From the NCBI GenBank assembly GCA_951406725.2, contig OX597827.1:22754001-22818000 (forward strand): a stretch of DNA of 64,000 nucleotides. Direction: 5' to 3'. The position numbers and the translations under genes are program-made. This document shows, piece by piece, positions 54,791-64,000 of the stretch (its first letter is position 1; every line of letters starts with the position of its first letter). The DNA comes from Octopus vulgaris. Taxonomy: Eukaryota. The notes under the pieces were generated by a model. The model saw only the letters and a list, made by a program, of their open reading frames with translations, was not told where the DNA came from and did no database searches.

Positions 54791-57012
54791 TTTATTAATA
54801 ACATCATAAAGTAAATTATAATAATGTTAATATTTACAATTTCATAGAAAAAAATTTTTTTTTTTTTTTTCAACTGAAATTAATCAAATCTCAATTAGAG
54901 GGGATCTGGTTGAGGTAGTTCTGTTTCTAAGATTAAGTTGTTAGTAAATTCTGGATTTGGATTTTTGATTTAACTTTTATTGTATAGATACAATATTTCT
55001 TCAATAAATTTTGTAGAAATAAACTTTTGAATATTTTACAAAATAATTTTCATACCATTTGCCTTCCTAGTGCTGGAGCTACAAAAATTTCCCCCGTACA
55101 CTTTGTAAAGTGGTTGGAAATAGGAAAGGCATTGAGTCATAGAAATGTACCAGCACCAATGTTCACAAGCAATAATTCCCAATAATCAATGTCTTGGACC
55201 ATCTGTCCAATCCATGTCAACATTGAAAGCACATGTAAAATGGTAATGATCAAAATGATATTTCATTTAATGTAATCACTTCATACTGAAACCAGGTTTA
55301 ATTTTAGTCATTTAACCACTACGCCATATGCCAGTAGTGGTTAAGAGCGCAGGCTACTAACCCCGAGATTCTGAGTTCGATTCCAGTTGATTTCTGTTTT
55401 CAGTCTTCTTTTAGTTTTAAACTTTGTACTTTTTATATAGTTTTGAATTAACTCTTGAAGGAAGATGTTCCTGATTTTATGATATTTTTATAACCCTTTG
55501 ATAAAACAGCTTTTTTTTTTATTCTGCAAGTTTTGTCTTATGTTTTATTGTTTGTAACTTCTTCAATAAGTGATATAAAAAAGTCCTAACAGCATAGCTA
55601 CAGCTTCTAAGCTTCAACTTTTATAGGTTAGAGTGTTAAAACTATCTTGATCATTATTCTCATTGGCCATGCTTGTTGTGTGCTTTTAATCAATAACAAG
55701 AAATATGTGATTAATCTATGACTCATCGTTAGCCCTGGACACATAATTGTGAAACAGGCACTGAATGTTGAGAATGTGTGGCAGCTTGGGGGAAAAAAAA
55801 CCAAACAAAACATGAAGTGAATCTGCTTTTTGCTCTGCTAGATGTGTAATGTTGATGTGCATGAACTGAGCAAAAAGAATCAAATGTAGCATGCAAGAAA
55901 AGTGCAGAGTGTTGCACTGTTGTGCATAATGCGATTGGAGGATGATAGATTGGTACAGAAGTGCCCAACAATTCAAGAAGGAACATGTGGAACAGAAAAA
56001 CATAGGAAAGCTAAATCACTTCACAAGATCTGCCTAATTTAGTCATGGGAATTATCGAATAATTATCAGTTATTTGTTGTGTAAATTTAACCTATGACAT
56101 TACTTAAGTGTGATGGAATCCCAAGTAGTCTCATAGCAGCCCAAACTGTTTATATTTTTGGAAACATTTTTTGTGTTGATATCATTCTCATCATCATTTA
56201 ACATTGGTTTTTCCATACTGGAATGGGTTGGACAATTTGACAGGGACTGGCAAGCCAAAGAGCTGCTCTGGCAAGGTTTCTTTGGCTGAATTCCCTTTCT
56301 AATGCCAACCACTTTACAGAGTGAACTGGGTGCTTTTTACACTGCACCAACAGATACAAAAACACAGAATGAAAGATCTGTTCCACTTTACTTTGAATAT
56401 CTGTTCAGACAACACAATTTACACGCGCTTGAATTTATTTATTGTAGAATAGCTGATATTGTTGAGATAATTTTATATTTTTTCAACAAATAGTTCGCTC
56501 TAATATTTATTGATCATAATTAAAAGCTTCTTCATAGTAGCTATAGATTATATAAAAATTGTCACCGAATATTTGCAACATCATAGAATAAGAAAAGTTA
56601 TCTTTTTTTCTTTTTTTCTTTTTTTTTTTTTTTACATGCAAAGGTAACGAGTTTCTACTTCCTGTGTTATATATATAGAGAGAGATCGCATAGGATAAAG
56701 GAGGAGTTTTAATGTGGAAGCAATTACTGACCCCTAAACTCATTCATAACGTTTGGCATGCTAGGACCCCATTAATTACATGTACTGTTTTTTGCAGTAA
56801 TCAGACGACTGAAACAGCTAATTAAACTCGATGCATTGTGCCTACGAGTGCAGATTTTTGACTACATTAACCATTTCTGCATCGATGTCTGTCTTCCTAT
56901 AATATATTTTTTTTTTATATTCATGCAGGTGCAAAAAGGTTCATAGCCAGGCAAAAGTTAACAGCTCAGACAGGAAGCTAAAAGGGACCAGAGAGATTTA
57001 GCTAACATCAGT

Positions 57013-57319
57013 ATGGCATTAGTTGAAACAGTGAGAGGATATGAACACAGTGAAGATTTAATCAATGGCAACGTTGATGATAGATGTAAGGATGTTGATG
57101 ATGAGGAGGCTGAAGAACATATGAAGTTGGACAATATAAAGCCTCTTAGAATAATTCGCAAGGCTAAACGGCCAAGCAAGGCTGTGGAAGGCCATGGCCA
57201 TCTACAGAATGGAGGGGGTTCTAGTACGGGCACTCTCATTAACACTGGAAATAGGTTGGCCTTCTCTAAGAACAGCCGGCGATCGAGAAATGGCAAGGGC
57301 AGGGGTCTGCCCAAGAAAG
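57013..57319 (+). CDS. PDCD4: First coding exon of programmed cell death protein 4 (N-terminal region); exon 56929-57319, rest of gene lies beyond the window
   Basis: Translation MALVETV...LINGN...RKAKR...RRSRNGKGRGLPKK-G matches the conserved PDCD4 N-terminal motifs (human INGN, KAKRR, RRSRSGKGRGLPKKG). A T-rich tract plus cag acceptor ends at 56928, ATG is at 57013, and a phase-1 donor G|GTAAGT starts at 57320. I found no following GAGGKG.WG exon in the window. Confidence 0.9.
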
Positions 57320-58021
57320 GTAAGTCTTCACCTATGTAAATTAGGTTTCTTTATAACGTGCTGTTGTGATAAATTAACTCGGAGATTGTCAAGAACAAAC
57401 ATTCCAGATATGACCATCCTGTTATAACTAGAATTTTCCCTATCATGGTGTATCTAAGGCTACATTATTCATTTGAGTATCATTTGAGTGAGATTTGGCT
57501 GCTACTTCTAGCACAGCAAACGATCCTCCAGAAGCTTCCTCATTTGCTCAATTCCTCTGAATTGTTATGGCATACTTTCTCAGATCAGCATTTATTTATG
57601 TTGGGGGCATTTATATGTTGTGTGTGTATATATAATTATAATATAACCAAAACACTGTCCTCCAGGCTGCTTTGGTTATATTATAATTCCCATTTTGTGT
57701 AATTTTCCTATGTTACATCTATTTTTCCTTTGTATCCTTCATCTGCTTTATTCCTCTAACAGCGCTCACTTGTTCAGTGAATAAAGTTTGAATACCAAAC
57801 ACTAAAGACAGCATTAAAATGTGAAAAACAAAAAGAAAAATGGGTATTGTGTTGAGGTAGTCATGTGAACGTTCTCAATTTACCATACACACATATCAAA
57901 GGATTTCATGTTTTTGCATTGTACACCTATTATGGTACTGGAAAAAATCAAATTGAAAAACTTACTGTAGATTCAAACATGTAATTGTATAATTTAGTAT
58001 TTGCTACATTATTTACATTTG

Positions 58022-58432
58022 ACGGATCTTTGTCCTCATCTTGTTTGTTGTTAACACCACGTTTTGGCTGATATACCCTTCAGCATTCTTCAGGTGTCTT
58101 GGGGGAAATTTTGAACCTGGGTTCCCATTCCTAAGGTAATTTTTCGGTGTTATTATTATTCAGGTTACTGCCTGGAATCGAACTCAGAAATTGAGGTTAG
58201 TATCCTTCGCTCTTAACTACTACGCCATATGCCAGTAGCGGTTAAGAGCGTGGGCTACTAACCCAAAGATTCTGAGTTCAGTTCCAAGCAGTGAATAATA
58301 ATAACATCGAAAATTACCTTAGGAATGAGAACCCAGGTTTGAAATCTTCCCAAGACACCTGATGAAGGCTGGAGGGTATATCAGCCCAAACACGGTGTTA
58401 ACAACATACAAGATGAGGACAAATATCTATTC
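58022..58432. mobile_element. Palindromic tRNA-headed element with a hammerhead motif in each arm
   Basis: Plus arm: tRNA-like head, (AAT)n, then ACAC-CTGATGA(58359-58365)-A-GGCTG-loop-CAGCC-cAAAC..GTGT. Minus arm: ACAC-CTGAAGA-A-TGCTG-loop-CAGCC-aAAACGTG-GTGT. Confidence 0.75.
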
Positions 58433-58789
58433 CTCATCTCTTAAATATAGAATTGCTATGTATTACTTTTCTGTTCATATATATATATCATCATCACCAT
58501 CATCATCGTTTAACGTCCGCTTTCCATGCTAGCATGGTTTGGACGATTTGACTGAAGACTGGCGAACCAGATGGCTGCGCCAGGCTCCAATCTGATCTGG
58601 CAGAGTTTCTACAGCTGGATGCCCTTCCTAATGCCAGCCACTCCGAGAGTGTAGTACGTGCTTTTAAAGTGCTACCTGCGCAGTATATATATATAAGCAT
58701 GAAGGAATTGAAGTTAGTATACACTGCTGGATGTGTAATGTCCCTGTGCATACATGACAGAGTGTAAGCACCCTGAAAGAAAAGTTGGA

Positions 58790-59292
58790 CATACGAAGCA
58801 TCAGATGTGGTATGCATGAGAAGACCCGACAAGCCAAGTGAAATCGTAGCTGTGGCCAATGCCAGTGTCACATAACTGGCCCATTTAAAAGTACCCTTCA
58901 ATCATTGGGCAATATGCTGAGATTGTGAAGATCTGTTGAACCAAGTAAAATTGTAGTCGTGGCCAGTGCTGCCTAACTGGCACCTGTGCCGAGCACCATT
59001 CGAGCATGGTCGATGCCAGTGCAGCCTGACTGGCTTCCATACTGATAGCATGTAAAAAACACCATTTGAGTGTGGTTGATGCCAGTGCCACCTGACTGGC
59101 TCCTGTGTCAGTGGTACATAAAAAGCACCCACTACACTCTCAGCGTGGTTGGCATTAGGAAGGGAAGCCTGCTGTAGAAACCTTGCCAGATCAGATTGGA
59201 GCCTGGTGCAGCCTCCCAGTTTGCCAGTCCTCAGTCAAACTGTCCAACTCATGCCAAGATGGAAAGCAGACGTTAGACGACAATGATGATGA
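58790..59292 (+). mobile_element. LINE 3'-end / SINE family 5 (RTE-like tail ending in (GAT)n); copies at ~47125-47325, ~53560-53912, ~55065-55250, ~56190-56345 (-), ~58490-58655 (-), ~59760-59955 and ~60230-60373
   Basis: Shared AAAAGCACCC...GGTTGGC(G/A)TTAGGAAGGGCATCCAGCTGTAGAAAC...CCAACCCATGC(C/T)AGCATGGAAA...(GAT)n; copies are variably 5'-truncated. Confidence 0.75.
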
Positions 59293-61131
59293 TATATATT
59301 TGTATATTTCAGTATTAACTTACATAAACACGCAGTTATGTGCAGAAATATAAAATGTTTTTTTTTTTATTCCTGTTCATCATAGGAGTTTTGATAACAT
59401 GAACAGTAGAGATCTTAGCAAAGGAGTTGATGATTGGAAACCTGTAACAACTTTCATGCTAGAATCATTTTCTACAATCACCTCATCCAGCTCAAGCCTC
59501 CCTATCAGCTCTCCTGTTCTCAGCACCCCCAATATCCCTTGAGGGCAGGTTCTGATACACTTCTGCCATCATCTCTCTCATTATCACTCTCTTTATCTTA
59601 CTCTTCAATTCACCTTCCTTTGTTTTCCAACTGGAGTATCCATGTGTCTACTCTACAGCAAGACCTTAAATCTCTCAACTGGCACTTAGCCCCATGACCT
59701 CAACATTATTCCCCACTCCCAGTTGGGGGCGAGGAATTGCCTTGAAAGGTACTTGGTGACACTGTCAGAGTGCTGGTACCATGTAAAAAGCACCCAGTAC
59801 ACTCTGTAAAATGCTTGATATTAGGAAGGGCATCTAGCTGTAGAAACCATGCCAAAGCAGATAACGGAACCTTGGTGTGGCTCTTGGCCTTGCCAGCTTC
59901 TGTCAAACTGTCCAACCCATGCCAGTATGGAGAGTGGATGTTAAATGAGGATGAGTCCCTATCATGTGCTGTAACAATCTCCTGTAATGGTTAATTTTTA
60001 AAAAGCATTGTGCACAATCATGAAATATTTTAGTTGAAAGAAAAGGAGACAAGTTTATACTTGATACAATTGATGGAAATAAATTAAAGCTCCTTTCCTT
60101 ATTCAGCATCTTGTTTCTTCATTAACACCCAACAAATAAGAAAGAATTAACATAATTTGTTTGATGCTGGATTAAACTTATAATTTGGAGAAATAATTTT
60201 ACTGATATGTCTTCAGAAATTAATATTTGAATTGGCGTTAGGAAGGGCATCCAGCTGTAGAAACTCTGCCTGATCAGATTGGAGCCTGGTGCAGCCATCT
60301 GGTTCGCCAGTCCTCAGTCAAATCATTCAACCCATGCTAGCATGGAAAGCAGATGGTAAACAATGATGATGATTAAATGCAGTGGAGAACAATAACAAAA
60401 GAGCTTAAAAGCAGAGGGTAAACAATGGAAGAAGCTGTCAAGGACACTTTTAGTGTTAGAAGGCAGAATAATCTCGCTGTTGCCTCAAGTGCCACAAGGC
60501 ACAATGAGAACTGAATGTAATGTATATTTCCAGAAGTATGAACAGAGATGTGAGAAAATGCTATCTCGTGTTATGACTGTATCACAGTCAATAAAAATAA
60601 GTTTTATAATCTAAACATGTAGTTGAAATATTCAATAATAAAAGAATCATGAAAACCACATTTTGATTTTTTTAAAATTAAATTTGGAATTTATAAGAAT
60701 TTTGTAGACAGTATAAACTTTGCTTTCTTTTAGCAAAAGTTATATAATTGTAACTAATTAATGAGCAGCTTTCTTTATTATACTATATAAATGTATTAAA
60801 AATAAGAGATAGAATATGCAGGAAACATATTTAATATTTTTATGCCTTCATGCATACCTTAAGTTTCAATATACTTATGCCTTAGTACTTTGGCAAAAAA
60901 TACAAGCTTTAAGTTGTAGTGCATGCTCTCATATTTTTGTAATCATACAACTTACACAAAAAGGAAATCAATAAAACAAATAAGAAAGTGTACAAACAAA
61001 TCTATTTACATATTATCAACCAGGGAGGCCGAGATAAGCAAGAAGTGGGATATAAATCAAAAGATAAAATTAGAGAGAATTAGAACATAGAAAAGGCGTT
61101 GGTGGTTGTGAGTTATATCGGATTCTAATAT

Positions 61132-61460
61132 TGCGGTGAGCTGGCAGAAACGTTAGCACGCCGGGTCGATTAAATAAGTACCAGTTACACACTGAGGTCG
61201 ATATAATCGACTTAATCCGTTTGTCTGTCCATGTTTGTCCTCTCTATGTTTGACTCCTTGTGGGTAGTAAAGAAATAGGTATTTCGTCTGTCGTTACGTT
61301 CTGAGTTCAAATTCCGCTGAGGTCGACTTTGCCTTTCAACCATTTCGGGGTCGATAATTTATGTACCAGTTTCGCACTGGGGTCGATATAATCGACTTAA
61401 TCCCTTTGTCTGTCCTTGTTTGTCCCCTCTATATTTAGCCTCTTGTGGGCAATAAAGAAA
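61132..61460 (+). mobile_element. SINE family 1, dimer with internal deletion
   Basis: Junction at ~61278; TSD TATATCGGATTCTAATAT. Confidence 0.8.
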
Positions 61461-62288
61461 TATATATCGGATTCTAATATAGGCAGAGAACCAACAGTTT
61501 TGTGGATAGGGCAAGTTGTTCTCAACGGGGTTCATATAAGATTTTTGGAGGTCCATGCAAGCAGAATAGCAAGTTGGGGCTCCACAGAAGTATTTTAAGG
61601 GTCTTTGGGAAAATTTTGCTTTACATATGTTTATTGCATGCAACGGTTAGATTTCTTTCTTGAATGGTTTACATAGTTTCACATATTTCCAGCCATTGAT
61701 TCAGAATTTTGGAAGAAGTTTCTATAAAATTGGTTTTTGAACATTGAATGGCCATGATGCTCCATGGATAAAAAATGGTTGCGATGCCATCACCCTCTGT
61801 ACTCAACTGGTACTTTATTTTATCGCCTTTGGAGGGATGAAAGGTAAAAGTTAATTCCAGTGGGAATTGAACCCAGAAGAAATATTGCAAAACCATGCAT
61901 TCTCATAGATTCGATGATGTGATTGTTTATTTTTAGAATGGTATTACAGGGTAGGTGTGAGAGGTGGGATTGGGCCAGTTTGAATGTAAAACAAGTAGGG
62001 TATTTGGGCCGGGTATGGCCAGTTTAAATGCTATAAAAAAGGTTGTGATTTTTATTATTGCTTCTGTTATAGCAATCTTGAGTTTTAGATTTTCTTAATT
62101 TTCACTATTTTTTCATCCTATTTTGATCTGAATTCTGCTTTTTGCTTACTTGGACCTTAACTATCCTTCCCATTCTCTCGTCGATTCTATCAATATTGAT
62201 CTGTTACATGATGCTCCTTATTTGTTCTTTTTTTTTTTTGTTTGTATTTGCTTAATTACAGGTGTTTTGACGCTAAATCGACGATTTG

Positions 62289-62468
62289 CCGTATTTTAAC
62301 GTGTATAAGGAACCCCCTAATTTTTTTCATGGGGGGGGGGGCTTAAAATTTGGAAAAATGGTTTTGTAAGGGATTATAATACTTACTGACCATGTATAAG
62401 AAACTCCCATATTTTTTAACCTAACTTTTTGACAAAAAAAGGTTCCTTATACACGTTTTAAAATACGG
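62289..62468. mobile_element. pogo/Tc1-mariner-type MITE
   Basis: TIR CCGTATTTTAACGTGTATAAGGAACC / GGTTCCTTATACACGTTTTAAAATACGG followed by TA. Confidence 0.75.
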
Positions 62469-63002
62469 TAAGTACTAACTCTGTAAAGACGTTAAAAATG
62501 CCTAATTTTCTGCTTTTCTCACTTCGTTATGTGACTTTAATCCTGTATCACAGTAGGATATTTAGGGTTTAATGTAAGACTGATTTACTGAGCCCGAAAC
62601 ACACGTGTGTGTGTGTGATCTAGTTTAATGGCGATCCTATTAACAAGCGGTACTCACGACTCCGAGTTTGGTGTACAGCTAATCGTCAGATGTGTAGGTT
62701 ATGGGTGAAATTTGAACTCTGCCCGAAGAGTCTTGGGCATCGTTTGTTAGCTGTGATCGTCATTAAACAATATTATACACCCTCACAATTTTCCTACAGT
62801 TGTGAACTCCTTTTTTATTATTATTTTGTTTTATTCGCATACAATATGCCTAAGAACCACAACAAATCTTGCGCGCGTACATGTGTGTGTATGAATATGC
62901 TTTTATATATGTTTATTTTCCTGAATATATGTAGTTATATGTGTCTATATATATATATATATATATTGTTTTTCATGCCTAATTATGTTTATCTGCATCT
63001 CC

Positions 63003-63054
<52 letters not shown>

Positions 63055-64000
63055 AATCCAATTCTCTGTTTATGTGTCATTACAATTCAAGGCAGACTTC
63101 CCATCCTTTATGTTGGTCCTTATGCTGCTAAAACATCGGGTTCTCATTGTAAAATTATATATTATGTGGGCTTAAGGAAATCCCTTAACTGCATCTCATT
63201 GGTTCATATTACAAAAAAAAATTGAGGGATATTGTCCAAGATAGTAGCAACTGCCATACTGTATATCTTTCAGTGACTCATTTGGTCCCTAATTCTCCCG
63301 CCCCCCTCTCTCTGTATGTCGAGTGTGTGTTGTGTACTGTATATTATTGGTGTGTTTCAAGTGTACTTTTTGCTATCCATAGTAACAATATAAAGAATAA
63401 GCTAAACTCAACCAAGGAAAATATTATCATTAGAAACCCCGCCAAACATGCTTATATCTGTTTTATAAATGCCCTGAAATGCATGACAGAAAGTGTTATA
63501 TTTTCTGTTAATGTGACAGAAAATGGTTTTGATCCCGCATAGCAATCTGTGTAGTTTTTTCTTTTCTCTCCCTGTCTTAGGGAGTGCATATGTGTTTTCG
63601 AGCGAGAAGACTGCATTTTTGAATCTCTGGTGCCACAATCCTTGCAATAATGATGTCTAGATTTCATTATCTCCTCAGAGACTTCCCTTAGACTTTTTGG
63701 TAGTCACATGGGGAGAGACGAAAAAATAAATCTCATTTTATGTTTAAATACTAAGAGTGAGAGTTTGCTGAAGTAATCTACTCCGACTATTTCAAAACCA
63801 TATTAAGTTCACCCACACATACAATATGTAGGTCTATTGACTGCGCAGTAAATGCTATTTAGTTATATATTCACCCTAGTCCAGTAAATATTTGATCTAA
63901 GATGTTCAGTTTGTGACTCTCCAATCCCGATTTCTTCCTTCAGACATAGCACATCTAAGATCACACATCCAATGCGTCCGTTCTATTTTAAGACTGTCGT

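Overview
AT-rich, microsatellite-dense eukaryotic DNA. The SINE set and the (CA)/(TA)/(TAA) load suggest an octopod cephalopod genome (inference). Almost all six-frame ORFs are microsatellite or SINE artefacts. The only host coding sequence I can support is one exon of PDCD4 (56929-57319, +), with a candidate CCAAT-box promoter and non-coding first exon near 48.1-49.1 kb. The rest is transposon debris: several tRNA-derived SINE families, four restriction-like-endonuclease non-LTR fragments (two Dong/R4-like ones next to TAA/TGA microsatellites), RTE and CR1-like scraps, a decayed Penelope-like element, a maT/Tc1 transposase relic, two non-autonomous Helitrons and three MITE families with GG ends and 8-bp TSDs. 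The most striking signal is a set of unrelated short elements, often palindromic and next to (TA)n, that carry type I hammerhead-ribozyme motifs. These include six copies in one nested palindrome (1278-1917), a fully canonical hammerhead with a long stem II (6251-6346, minus) and a head-to-head tRNA-Ile-like Pol III head joined to a hammerhead (58022-58432). Together they suggest a Penelope-mobilised, retrozyme-like system. Everything was read by eye; no folding or database search was run, and repeat boundaries are approximate.
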